From Pseudomonas sp. (GTDB lineage Bacteria; Pseudomonadota; Gammaproteobacteria; Pseudomonadales; Pseudomonadaceae): 40,000 nucleotides of DNA. The first letter of the stretch is position 1. Each line of letters opens with the position of its first letter. The stretch lies in assembly GCA_034676485.1 (NCBI GenBank), contig JAUCCC010000015.1:962355-1002354 (forward strand). The letters run 5' to 3'. Below the pieces are notes generated by a model that had not been told where the DNA came from, ran no database searches, and saw only the letters and a list, made by a program, of their open reading frames with translations. The translations under genes were made by a program, and so were the position numbers. Shown piece by piece: positions 1-9,311 of the stretch.

Positions 1-66
1 AACTCGAAGCATTCAGAATCAGACGAGCCTTATATCAATCGTGATAACAACACCGTTGATCAACGA

Positions 67-165
67 GTGCTTCGGGGTTGGTGTGACAAGCGAACCAGGG
101 ATGGTGAGCGCCGGAGTTGAACCCAGGATGGGTTCGTCGACGGATAAACACCTACCCCGAAGCAC
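67..165. other. Unassigned long stem-loop / structured intergenic element
   Basis: Arms 67-83 (GTGCTTCGGGGTTGGTG) and 149-165 (CACCTACCCCGAAGCAC) are complementary at 16/17 positions. The ~65-nt interior holds a direct repeat GAACCAGGGATGG / GAACCCAGGATGG. I see no coding signal and no tRNA or riboswitch signature. Confidence 0.3.
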
Positions 166-291
166 GGCATACACCACGCTTGCTCTTAAGAAAAAGAAAT
201 ACAACATATAGAACTGCTCTTCCTTCAACGCTGCGCGCCGCTTTATTTGTTACACTGCGCGAATAATTTTAACCACGATAATGAGCAGTTT

Positions 292-954
292 ATGTTGCAG
301 CAGGAAGCAGGCGGTGTGACTCAAAGTATTGCTGATGCGTTAGCAAAACGCATTATTTGCGGTGAGCTGCCCGGCGGCATAGCGCTGCGTGAAGTAGCAA
401 TAGCCCAAGAGTATCAAGTGGGTCGCAGCTCAGTACGTGAAGCCCTACTATTGTTGCAGCGCCGCTACTTGGTCGATATTTTCCCGCGACGTGGTGCACA
501 GGTTCGTGTGCTCACTGCACAGAACGTGCAAGACTTGTATGATTTGAGCACCGGATTATATATATTGCACGGCACTTTTCTGGCGCAGCGTTGGCAACAT
601 GAAAGCCAGTTGCTGCCTTTATTCGAGGTACACCAAGCGATGCAGCTGAGCGTGCAAAACAATGATGCTGCGGGTTTTATTCAGCATTGTTTTGCTGTAG
701 TGGATGTGGCTGCCCCTATTGTTAATAATCCATACTTACAGCAAGCGTTAACTAATATTATTCCTGCAGTCAGCCGCACCTATCATTTAGCTTTCAAACA
801 GCGCAGTGCTGAGATGGGACCGCTTACAGGTATCTTCGGCCAGCTCTTAACCGCTGTTCAGGCGCGTCAAGTTGAAGAGATTCATCTACTGCTACACTCG
901 TATGCGCAAAAAAACTGCCAGATGGTGTTGAGTGCACTATCGAGTGAGCGCTGA
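292..954 (+). CDS. GntR-family (FadR/FCD-like) transcriptional regulator
   Basis: ORF 247-954, with the in-frame ATG at 292 preferred. The N-terminal winged-helix GntR signature is present (GELPGGIALREVAIAQEYQVGRSSVREALLLLQ), followed by an all-helical C-terminal effector domain. Confidence 0.8.
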   Translation: MLQQEAGGVTQSIADALAKRIICGELPGGIALREVAIAQEYQVGRSSVREALLLLQRRYLVDIFPRRGAQVRVLTAQNVQDLYDLSTGLYILHGTFLAQRWQHESQLLPLFEVHQAMQLSVQNNDAAGFIQHCFAVVDVAAPIVNNPYLQQALTNIIPAVSRTYHLAFKQRSAEMGPLTGIFGQLLTAVQARQVEEIHLLLHSYAQKNCQMVLSALSSER

Positions 955-957
955 TTT

Positions 958-3900
958 ATGCGTTTGAAATGCATCCGCTTAGCCGGCTTTAAATCCTTTG
1001 TTGATCCCACCACCGCTAGCTTTCCCAGCAATATGACCGCTGTGGTCGGCCCCAATGGCTGCGGTAAATCCAATATTATTGATGCGGTGCGTTGGGTGCT
1101 GGGTGAGAGTTCAGCCAAGAACCTGCGCGGCGAGTCAATGACTGATGTGATTTTTAACGGCTCCAATACGCGCAAGCCGGTTTCGCAAGCCAGCATTGAA
1201 CTGGTATTTGATAACAGCGACGGCACCTTGCAGGGCGAATATGGCAGTTATGCAGAAATCTCCATTCGCCGCCGCGTCACCCGCGAAGCACAAAGCACCT
1301 ATTATTTAAACGGGGTGAAATGCCGCCGCCGCGATATCACCGATATTTTCCTCGGCACCGGTCTGGGCCCGCGCAGCTACGCGATTATTGAACAGGGCAT
1401 GATTTCTCGCTTGGTCGAGGCGCGCCCAGATGACTTGCGTATTTTTATTGAAGAAGCTGCAGGTATTTCTAAATACAAAGAACGCCGCCGTGAAACTGAA
1501 AACCGCATTCGCCGCACCCAAGAAAACCTTGAGCGCTTACTCGATTTGCGTGAAGAATTGGGCCGACAAATTGAACGCCTGCAACGCCAAGCCAATGCCG
1601 CAGAAAAGTATCAAGAATATAAAGCTGAACAACACACGCTTAACGCCGAGCTGACTGCGCTGCGCTGGCAGCAACTCAATGGCCAAGCGGGCGTACATGA
1701 GGCGCAAATTGTAGAGTTAGAAACTGCGCTAGAAGCCTGCATTGCCGAACAGCGCCAAGCCGATGCGAAAATTGAGCTGCTGCGCGACGGTCATCATGAA
1801 TTATCCGATACCTTTAACCGGGTGCAAGGGCGCTTTTATGCGATTGGTGCTGATATTGCCCGCCATGAGCAAAGTATTCAGCATGCCCAGCAGCGTTTGC
1901 GTCAGTTACACGATGATTTAAAAGAGGCTGAGCGCGCCCGTGTCGAAATGGAAAGTCACTTAGCCAGCGACCGTGAGTTATTAAGCAGTTTAGATGAAGA
2001 GTTGCTGATCCTGACTGAACAACACGCCGAAGCGCAGCTCAATGAAGAGTGTTCAGCGGCTGCCTTTGTCCAGGCCGAAGAGGCCATGCATGATTGGCAA
2101 GAGCGCTGGAACAGTATCACCGAGCAAAGTGCGCAACCGCGCAGTGAAGCGGGTGTGCAACGCACGCGCATTGATCAGCTGGAACACAACAATCAGCGTT
2201 TAGTCACCCGTCAGCAGCGCTTACAAGAGGAACAACACAGCCTCGACGCTGATCCGATGGCAGAGACGGTAGATGAGTTACAGGATCGGGTTGATGAAGC
2301 GCAAGCGCAGCTTGAAGAGTTATCTGCAACGCAGCAACTGCAAGCCGAACAATTGCAAGACACCCAAGAGCAATTAACCGAGAAAAATCAGCAACAACAG
2401 CAGGTGCAAGGCCAACTGCAGCGCTTGCACGGGCGTATTTCTGCCTTAGAAGCATTGCAGCAAGCGGCTCTCAACCCTGATCAAGGCGTGCAAGAGTGGC
2501 TGGAAAATCAGCAACTGCAACAGCAGCCGCGCTTACTGGAAGGCTTAAAGGTCGCCGCAGGCTGGGAGTTGGCGGTGGAAACAGTGTTGGCCGCAGATTT
2601 ACAAGCCGTACAGATTGAAAGCTGGGCTGATCTTGAGTTAAGCAGTTTAAGCAGTGGCCATTTGCGCCTAGTCAGCCATGGCGCAGCCGTTATTCCAGTT
2701 AAAGACAGTTTGTTGAGTAAAGTGCTGTCGGCCTCACTGGATGTATCGCCATGGCTTGCCAGTGTCTATGCGGTTGAGTCATTGGATGAGGCGTTACAGC
2801 TGCGTCCGCAGTTAAACAGCGGCGAAAGCGTGGTCAGCAAAGACGGTTACTGGCTCGCAGCACACTTTTTAACCGTGCAGCGCGGTGATCAGCAGAGCAG
2901 TGGCGTGCTGGCCCGCGCGCAAGAATTGGATGAGCTGCTATTAAGCGTTGCGCAGCTGGATGAGCAGAAGCAGACCCTCGACGAGCAATTACAGGAATTG
3001 CATAGCGCCCGTCATTTAGTGCAAGAACAGAGCGAGCAATTGCGCCGTGATGAGCAAGGCGCACACCGTGTTTTAAGTGAATTAAAAAGCCAGCTGTCAG
3101 GCAAAATAGCGCGCATTGAACAATTGCAATTGCGCCGCACTGCGTTGGCTGCAGAGCTAGCCGATGTTAGCGAACAGCAGCAGATCGAAGTCGAGCAGAT
3201 CGCCGAGGCACGCTTACTATTGCAAGATGCGCTAGACAACATGGCCAATGCCGAGCAGCAACAGCAACAGCTGCAAGCCGAACAAGGACAGTTGCGCAGC
3301 CAGTTTGAGCAACTACGCCAGCAAGCGCAGCAGGATAAAAACACCCAGCATCAGTTGGCCTTGCGCATCAGCACCTTAAGCACGCAAAAGCGCTCAACCG
3401 AGCAAGCCTTGCAACGTTTAGAGCAGCAGTTTGCGCAAGCCGATCAGCGCCGCGAACAACTCAACCTAAACCTTGAAGAAGGCGAGTCGCCGATTGATGA
3501 GTTGCGTGCGCAATTGGAAGAGTTTTTGCAGGTGCGTTTAGCCACCGATGATGAATTGCGCGCCGCACGCACGGCCTTAGAAGATGCCGATACGCACATG
3601 CGTGAAGCCGACAAACAACGCAGCCAAGCCGAGCAGCGTGCGCATGCTGTACGTGAGCAACTTGAGCAACAACGTTTGGCCATGCAAACCCTGACGGTAC
3701 AAAAAGACACCCTTAATCAGCAACTGCAAGCACTGCAGATGAACGTGCATCAGCTGCTTGAGCAATTGCCCGCAGAGGCTGAGATCAGTCAATGGGAGCA
3801 ACAGCTCACTGCTGTCGCCACACGTATTGAGCGATTGGGTGCGATCAACTTGGCGGCGATTGAAGAGTACCGCCAGCAGTCCGAGCGCAAAACCTATCTG

Positions 3901-4449
3901 GATGCGCAAAACGATGACTTGGTCGAAGCGCTGGACACTCTAGAAAACGTGATTGGCAAAATCGATCGCGAAACCCGCAACCGCTTTAAAGAAACTTTTG
4001 ATTTAATCAATAGCGGCTTGCAAGAGCTGTTTCCGAAAGTCTTTGGCGGCGGCCACGCCAGCTTAGAAATGACTGGCGATGACTTGCTCAGCACTGGCGT
4101 GGCAATCATGGCGCGCCCACCGGGTAAGAAAAACAGCACCATCCACTTACTCTCCGGCGGCGAGAAAGCCCTCACCGCGCTGGCGCTGGTCTTTGCTATT
4201 TTCCAACTCAATCCCGCCCCCTTTTGCATGCTCGATGAAGTCGATGCGCCATTGGATGACGCCAACGTCGTGCGCTATTCACGTTTGGTTAAAGAAATGT
4301 CAGAGAAAGTGCAATTCATCTACATCACCCACAACAAAATCGCCATGGAAATGGCCGATCAACTGCTCGGTGTGACCATGCATGAGCCCGGTTGCTCGCG
4401 TTTGGTGGCGGTGAATGTGGAAGAAGCCGCGGCGTTGGCGGAGAGTTAA
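958..4449 (+). CDS. smc: Chromosome segregation protein SMC
   Basis: 1163-aa ORF. It has the Walker A GPNGCGKSN, long Q/E/L/A-rich coiled coils with a central hinge, the C-terminal signature LSGGEKALTALALVFAIFQ and the Walker B FCMLDEVDAPLD. Confidence 0.95.
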   Translation: MRLKCIRLAGFKSFVDPTTASFPSNMTAVVGPNGCGKSNIIDAVRWVLGESSAKNLRGESMTDVIFNGSNTRKPVSQASIELVFDNSDGTLQGEYGSYAEISIRRRVTREAQSTYYLNGVKCRRRDITDIFLGTGLGPRSYAIIEQGMISRLVEARPDDLRIFIEEAAGISKYKERRRETENRIRRTQENLERLLDLREELGRQIERLQRQANAAEKYQEYKAEQHTLNAELTALRWQQLNGQAGVHEAQIVELETALEACIAEQRQADAKIELLRDGHHELSDTFNRVQGRFYAIGADIARHEQSIQHAQQRLRQLHDDLKEAERARVEMESHLASDRELLSSLDEELLILTEQHAEAQLNEECSAAAFVQAEEAMHDWQERWNSITEQSAQPRSEAGVQRTRIDQLEHNNQRLVTRQQRLQEEQHSLDADPMAETVDELQDRVDEAQAQLEELSATQQLQAEQLQDTQEQLTEKNQQQQQVQGQLQRLHGRISALEALQQAALNPDQGVQEWLENQQLQQQPRLLEGLKVAAGWELAVETVLAADLQAVQIESWADLELSSLSSGHLRLVSHGAAVIPVKDSLLSKVLSASLDVSPWLASVYAVESLDEALQLRPQLNSGESVVSKDGYWLAAHFLTVQRGDQQSSGVLARAQELDELLLSVAQLDEQKQTLDEQLQELHSARHLVQEQSEQLRRDEQGAHRVLSELKSQLSGKIARIEQLQLRRTALAAELADVSEQQQIEVEQIAEARLLLQDALDNMANAEQQQQQLQAEQGQLRSQFEQLRQQAQQDKNTQHQLALRISTLSTQKRSTEQALQRLEQQFAQADQRREQLNLNLEEGESPIDELRAQLEEFLQVRLATDDELRAARTALEDADTHMREADKQRSQAEQRAHAVREQLEQQRLAMQTLTVQKDTLNQQLQALQMNVHQLLEQLPAEAEISQWEQQLTAVATRIERLGAINLAAIEEYRQQSERKTYLDAQNDDLVEALDTLENVIGKIDRETRNRFKETFDLINSGLQELFPKVFGGGHASLEMTGDDLLSTGVAIMARPPGKKNSTIHLLSGGEKALTALALVFAIFQLNPAPFCMLDEVDAPLDDANVVRYSRLVKEMSEKVQFIYITHNKIAMEMADQLLGVTMHEPGCSRLVAVNVEEAAALAES

Positions 4450-4747
4450 GCAAGCTTGAAGCTGTTTACCTATACAGCCTATTAGGGCTGATATGCGTTT
4501 ATATGCTCGTTTGCAAGCTTAGAGATGCTTATTTTCCTGCGGTGTTTTAATTTAAAGCTATAAATATCAATGAGTTATAAGTTATGCGGGCGGGATAGTG
4601 TGCATGCCGTTAGCATGATAGGGGCATGCTCGAATTGCTGCTGGGGAATGCCTTGTCTTTTGTGATAAAGGCTTTAATATTCAGGACGTTATATTAATTT
4701 ATAGTTAGTGTGAACGATCCGCAAATCGAGCATGCTTACTAATAAGC

Positions 4748-4754
4748 GTTAGGC
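4748..4754 (+). repeat. Lone GTTAGGC core site at the start of the first cassette (relic attI or attC R' box)
   Basis: AAGCGTTAGGCAC sits 36 nt upstream of ATG 4790. I could not identify a convincing R''/L'' partner upstream. Confidence 0.4.
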
Positions 4755-4789
4755 ACTACATTTAAAACCCATACTTGAAGGAGAGAAAG

Positions 4790-5140
4790 ATGTCTCATAA
4801 TGAAGTCAGAAAGGGAATGACCAATGCAAAGTTCAATGAAGAGCAATCGGGAATTCTATTTGGAGAGATATTTATAATTGCTATTGGCTTGGGCTTGTAC
4901 GCGCAGTCTTGGTGGATTTTTGGTATGACTTTAATCGGGCTTATTATTGCTTTGTTTATCCCGGCAATAGCAATTCCATTGATGATTCTTCTTAGTATTG
5001 GCTGGGGTATTATCGGCTTCGGCATTGGAGCAATATTTGGTTCAACTGGGGCATCGGTAGTACTAGGTATAATTGGGCTTTTAGCCGGTCTTGGCGCGCA
5101 TTTCGCAGCTTTGCAATGGGCCAAAGACATTGGTGAATAA
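4790..5140 (+). CDS. Small Gly/Ile-rich multi-pass membrane protein (cassette 1)
   Basis: The RBS AAGGAGAG precedes ATG 4790. Hydrophobic glycine-zipper-like segments are present (GWGIIGFGIGAIFGSTGASVVLGIIGLLAGLG). attC_1 follows 3 nt after the stop. Confidence 0.5.
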   Translation: MSHNEVRKGMTNAKFNEEQSGILFGEIFIIAIGLGLYAQSWWIFGMTLIGLIIALFIPAIAIPLMILLSIGWGIIGFGIGAIFGSTGASVVLGIIGLLAGLGAHFAALQWAKDIGE

Positions 5141-5142
5141 TA

Positions 5143-5230
5143 GCCTAACAAGGCGCATCAGTCGCGGCCTGCGGCCGCTGGGACGTAAAACCGCTGACGC
5201 GTTTTTCCGCCCCTGTGCTATGCGTTAGCT
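5143..5230 (+). repeat. attC_1 (88 bp)
   Basis: GCCTAACAAGGCGC...GCTATGCGTTAGCT. It has R'' GCCTAAC, R' GTTAGCT and an imperfect internal dyad. Confidence 0.8.
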
Positions 5231-5294
5231 TTTTGTGCAAGCCCACGAATCTATAAACAAGCTGGCGAGCACGCAATTTTAAGTGAGTGGATAA

Positions 5295-7235
5295 ATGGCT
5301 GTTACTTACCCTGACCTAGAGAACATTCAGCGCCTTAAAGTCCCGCCAACTTCTGGGGAGTGGTCTTTGATAAATTATCTAAAAGACCATCTTGATGATA
5401 CCTATGAAGTGTTTTTTAACCCTTATCTGGACGGTGATAGGCCTGACATTATCATTTTGAAAGAGCGTAGCTCTGCTTTCATTATAGAAGTCAAAGACTG
5501 GGATTTAAAAAACTACTCAATTACCGAAAATAATAAGTGGAAAGTCTTTAATGGTTCAAAATTATCTACCATAGCATCTCCGCAATCTCAGGTTTTTCGA
5601 TACAAAAAGAACCTCTACGATTTGCATTTACCAGTAATAGGTCTAGCAAGAATCACAAACCCCAACTTTTATAATCTAGTTCACTGCTTTGTATATTTTC
5701 ATAATTCAGACAAAAACGTAATTGATTCGCTGTACTCTCCGGCAGAAGAAAAACATAAAGAGGAGCAATCGAGACTAAACCAAGCTGTCAAGGAAAAAAT
5801 GATAGCCTTTGATTCTTACGAGAAAAAAAGTGATTATCTAACTCGACAAAAGCGTAATTTGCAAAGAGATAAGAATATGTCTTTTGGTGATGATCGATTG
5901 GCTAACCTTGTAAAAAAGATCAAGCAAAATTCGATACATTCACTATTTGACGAAAATGTATATAGAGATTTTAAGCGAAGGCTTAGTCCGCCCGAACATA
6001 CACTCAATCAAGGGCGGTCAATCAAGTTTGATAATAAGCAATTAGCTCTAACGAAAAGTGAGAATGGAAATAACAAAATTAAAGGTGTTGCTGGTTGTGG
6101 TAAAACATCAATTTTATCTCAGCGTGCTATAAATGCTTCTCAAAGGCACAATTCAACTGTTCTTATATTGACATTTAACATTACTCTGAAAAATTACATC
6201 AGGGATAAGATTAGTGATATTCAGGGAAGTAGGGATTTTTCAACCTTTGAAATTTCAAATTATCACCAGTTTTTTAACTCTCAAGTTAATAACAGTAATC
6301 AAGATTTCGGCGAGTTGGTCGAGAAATATGGAATAAGCAGGATCTATTTTGTTGATGTTTTTCAAGATATGGATTTACCACGGTATCAAACAATTCTTAT
6401 TGATGAGATACAAGATTATCAATCAGAGTGGGTAAAAATTATTCGTGATAACTTCCTTCAGGACGATGGCGAAATGATTCTATTCGGAGATGAATCTCAG
6501 AACATTTACCAGAGAGACGTTTCTAGATCCCCTGTTATAGCTCAAGGGTTTGGGCGGTGGGTTAAGCTTACTCGATCTTATAGAACGAATTTAGATTCAC
6601 CATTGAACCAGTTGTTTAAAGATTTCCAAATAAAATTTCTGCTTGAAAAGAATTCAGACATAGAAATAACTGATGTAAGTCCTACCCAAATGGGAATAGG
6701 GTTTAGCCTTTTAAAATATGAGGAGACTGGATTGGACGATTGGAAAAAGTCGGTTTTTGATTCAGTCAAGAGCTATATCATAAGTTACAATTTGCATCCA
6801 AATGACGTAGTTATTTTGTCTTCAAAAATATCTCTGGTTAGGCAATTAAACGAATTATGGATAGAAAATGAAAGAACACACTGTATGTTCGAAACGTATG
6901 AAGAGTTATCTGCATGCACTAACATGAGCTTAGATAAGTTACAAAGATTAGACGAAAGTGGGATAAACATTCTCGTAAATCACAATAAAGAAAAAATCGA
7001 TAGAGTGAGAAGGGCAAAGAAGAATCACTTTTACGCTAATAGCGGTCTAGTAAAGTTCTCTACTATCCATAGTTATAAGGGGCTTGAGTCAAAAACTGTT
7101 TTTTATGTTATGGACGAGAGTGATGATCCGGAAATCGTATACACTTCGATAACGCGATCCTCAGAAAATCTCGTAGTCTTTGATGTTGGATGTAAAAACA
7201 AATGCTCTGAGTTTCTGAAAATCGCTATTAATTGA
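5295..7235 (+). CDS. NERD-domain / UvrD-like SF1 helicase fusion protein (cassette 2)
   Basis: The N-terminus has a NERD/PD-(D/E)xK-like motif (GDRPDIIILKERSSAFIIEVKDW). Helicase motifs follow: Walker A GVAGCGKTS, DExx ILIDEIQDY, LFGDESQNIY, RSYRTN, and the C-terminal FSTIHSYKGLESKTVFYV...YTSITRS. Confidence 0.7.
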   Translation: MAVTYPDLENIQRLKVPPTSGEWSLINYLKDHLDDTYEVFFNPYLDGDRPDIIILKERSSAFIIEVKDWDLKNYSITENNKWKVFNGSKLSTIASPQSQVFRYKKNLYDLHLPVIGLARITNPNFYNLVHCFVYFHNSDKNVIDSLYSPAEEKHKEEQSRLNQAVKEKMIAFDSYEKKSDYLTRQKRNLQRDKNMSFGDDRLANLVKKIKQNSIHSLFDENVYRDFKRRLSPPEHTLNQGRSIKFDNKQLALTKSENGNNKIKGVAGCGKTSILSQRAINASQRHNSTVLILTFNITLKNYIRDKISDIQGSRDFSTFEISNYHQFFNSQVNNSNQDFGELVEKYGISRIYFVDVFQDMDLPRYQTILIDEIQDYQSEWVKIIRDNFLQDDGEMILFGDESQNIYQRDVSRSPVIAQGFGRWVKLTRSYRTNLDSPLNQLFKDFQIKFLLEKNSDIEITDVSPTQMGIGFSLLKYEETGLDDWKKSVFDSVKSYIISYNLHPNDVVILSSKISLVRQLNELWIENERTHCMFETYEELSACTNMSLDKLQRLDESGINILVNHNKEKIDRVRRAKKNHFYANSGLVKFSTIHSYKGLESKTVFYVMDESDDPEIVYTSITRSSENLVVFDVGCKNKCSEFLKIAIN

Positions 7236-7251
7236 CATCAGACTAAGAAAA

Positions 7252-7322
7252 GCCAACAAGGCGCTGCTGTCAGACACATTTTTCGCTACGCTCCAAATGT
7301 GCTGCAGAGCGCGGCGTAGCTT
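7252..7322 (+). repeat. attC_2 (71 bp, aberrant R')
   Basis: GCCAACAAGGCGCTGC...GCAGAGCGCGGCGTAGCTT. The arms CACATTT/AAATGTG and GCGCTGC/GCAG(A)GCGC pair. R' reads GTAGCTT, one T short of GTTAGCT. Confidence 0.65.
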
Positions 7323-7345
7323 TGAAATCAACATTGGAGTATAAA

Positions 7346-7975
7346 ATGAGAAAACTCATAATTCTGACCGTTTTTTGTGCAGCTATCGCAGCCACTGCCG
7401 GTTGCGCATTACAAAAAGCCAAAGGTTGGGATCAGTATGCAAAATATATGGCTGCTTATGATGTCTTGAGCGCCGACTGTCTTGAATTGAACGAAAATGA
7501 CAGGGATTACATAAATTATCGAATTGCTGCGTCAAAGCTCCTAACGGTCATGGAGATTGATTCCGAGCTTTATAACAGTACATACAAAACAATCTATACA
7601 AACTCTCGCTCCGCTACCCGCGAAGAAAATATGGAATGGTGTGAAAAATTACGTCCAGCGATAGTTAATGAGACCGAGGGAATGGAGGGCGACTACCAGC
7701 TTGGCTTGAAGGTGGTTGATATATCTAGAAGAGAAAGAGCGGAGGCTTGGGCAACAGCTTTAGAGGCCACTGCTGCAATAGCCATGGCAGTTGGTGAGGG
7801 AATCCAGTCGGCAAACCAACAAGCAGCTCTTCAATACCGCTATATTCCAATGCCCTCAGGAAAGGTGACTTTCGGGCAAAACACTAAGAGCAATTACAAT
7901 CATTATCTGGTTAATACGCCCAGCGGAATGAGACAGTGCCATGTGGCTAGCTCAGGCTATGTTTTTTGCAACTAG
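7346..7975 (+). CDS. Putative lipoprotein, unknown function (cassette 3, gene 1)
   Basis: Signal peptide plus lipobox MRKLIILTVFCAAIAATAGC. ATG 7346 is in frame within ORF 7322-7975. Confidence 0.55.
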   Translation: MRKLIILTVFCAAIAATAGCALQKAKGWDQYAKYMAAYDVLSADCLELNENDRDYINYRIAASKLLTVMEIDSELYNSTYKTIYTNSRSATREENMEWCEKLRPAIVNETEGMEGDYQLGLKVVDISRRERAEAWATALEATAAIAMAVGEGIQSANQQAALQYRYIPMPSGKVTFGQNTKSNYNHYLVNTPSGMRQCHVASSGYVFCN

Positions 7976-8015
7976 ATAATATCAGCTATAAATAGAACCC
8001 CATAAAATAACGTAT

Positions 8016-8486
8016 ATGTGCGAATTTGAAAAACTATTAGCTTCTTTAGCGCCTCTGCTTTCTGCCGTTGCTGCAATTGCTGCCGCAATTGCAGCCTTTC
8101 AAGCAAACAATATATCTAAGTCGCTCAAAAGGCTTCAAAGGAATAGCATACTAAATCAGCGAGAAATTCAACTATTAAATCGTGCTCTTGAACTACTGAA
8201 GATTTATGAGGTTTGGTGTACTGATAGTGGAGCTGGTTCCGATGTTAATTTCCATGACAGCAATGAATCGAACTACAAATCAAGAGATGATGCATGGAGC
8301 CAAATTCCTCGCGATATTAAATATATACTCATCCAGCTTTCCTCGCACAGTGAACGCCTTGAGAATCTTCTCTCGCGCTGGGAGCAGGGCTTTATAAACA
8401 AAGTCGCAGAGTCCTACGCGTTGAAGGACGAGCAGGTGAAGGAAAAAATAAGTTCTTTGCGTGAAATTATTTCAGGCGGTCTATAA
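8016..8486 (+). CDS. N-terminally membrane-anchored hypothetical protein (cassette 3, gene 2)
   Basis: 156-aa ORF with one N-terminal hydrophobic helix (LLASLAPLLSAVAAIAAAIAAF), then a helical soluble part. No attC separates it from 7346-7975. Confidence 0.5.
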   Translation: MCEFEKLLASLAPLLSAVAAIAAAIAAFQANNISKSLKRLQRNSILNQREIQLLNRALELLKIYEVWCTDSGAGSDVNFHDSNESNYKSRDDAWSQIPRDIKYILIQLSSHSERLENLLSRWEQGFINKVAESYALKDEQVKEKISSLREIISGGL

Positions 8487-8563
8487 AGCTAATCGGGTAG
8501 CCGAGGGTTTCTAGCCCTCAGCCCCCACAACACCCTGCATGCGGCTCCGCACAGGGCGTTTCA

Positions 8564-8922
8564 CTAAGAATGGTGAAGCTTAATCCAACCATCGCGCAAT
8601 GCGTACAGACCCTGAGATTTTAAGTAAGCATTTGATAATGCCTGATTAATTCCCGGAGTTTTAGAGCTACGCCATGGGCCTTTGCTGGTGATACCGCATG
8701 CAACTGCAGCTTGCACATGAACGCCCAACCGCATTAAGTTTCTTACTTTAGTGCGCGGCTTGCGCCACTGTCGCCAATAGGCCATTCGCACTCTGCGCCG
8801 GATCCAATGATCCAGTTCAACGCAGTGCTGATAGCCACTGGCAATACCAAAGTAGTTTATCCAGCCGCGTAAATATTGGCTGACCTTAAACAGCTGGTAT
8901 TTCATTGACACGCCCCAGTTAC
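8564..8922 (-). pseudogene. Group II intron RT/maturase, C-terminal fragment (copy A)
   Basis: It matches residues ...SMKYQLFK(V/I)SQYLRGWINYFG...KLHHS of the intact copy B ORF. It is cut off at the IS66 insertion point. Confidence 0.85.
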
Positions 8923-9005
8923 GTAAGCGCCCTTAAATCAGCATCTTTTAAGCCAACCTATACAGCTTCACACTAATACCTGTCTTTTTCAAAGAGGTAT
9001 TAGCG

Positions 9006-9311
9006 ATGAAATCACAAGAACGTCAGCAGTTTTGGCAGCAGCATGTTGATGCTTGGCAGGCATCGGATTTATCCGGTGCTGCGTTTTGCAAGCAGCATGA
9101 TTTGAATTATGCACAATTTAATTATTGGCGTAGAAAGTTTCAGCCGGTAGACGCGGCTGCAAAGTCTGCTGGCTTTGCTCAGGTTACGCAGCTAGCTACC
9201 TCTGCTAGCAGTGCTGATGGGTTGGCTGTTCATCTGCCCAGCGGCATAAGTTTTTCTGGAGTGAATGCAGGTAATCTCGATGTAGTACTGGCGATGCTGA
9301 GGCAGTTGTAA
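9006..9311 (+). CDS. tnpA: IS66-family accessory protein TnpA
   Basis: 101-aa ORF, first gene of the IS66 module. Its stop overlaps the tnpB start (TAATG). Confidence 0.75.
   Translation: MKSQERQQFWQQHVDAWQASDLSGAAFCKQHDLNYAQFNYWRRKFQPVDAAAKSAGFAQVTQLATSASSADGLAVHLPSGISFSGVNAGNLDVVLAMLRQL

Noticed and set aside
100-135. tRNA/tmRNA-like GGGTTCAACTCC...CACCA on the minus strand
   Set aside because: The flanking bases do not form a T-stem or an acceptor stem, and no cloverleaf can be drawn.
19-228. 69-aa minus-strand ORF at the window start
   Set aside because: It has no recognisable family and an odd composition, and it coincides with the long stem-loop. It is more likely non-coding.
882-4375. 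About a dozen ORFs antisense to, or in alternate frames of, smc (for example 1306-1521, 3012-3344, 3894-4265)
   Set aside because: They translate to low-complexity Cys/Ser/Ala/Arg-rich strings. These are generated by the repetitive CAG/GCN/GAA codons of the SMC coiled coil. The smc frame explains the whole region.
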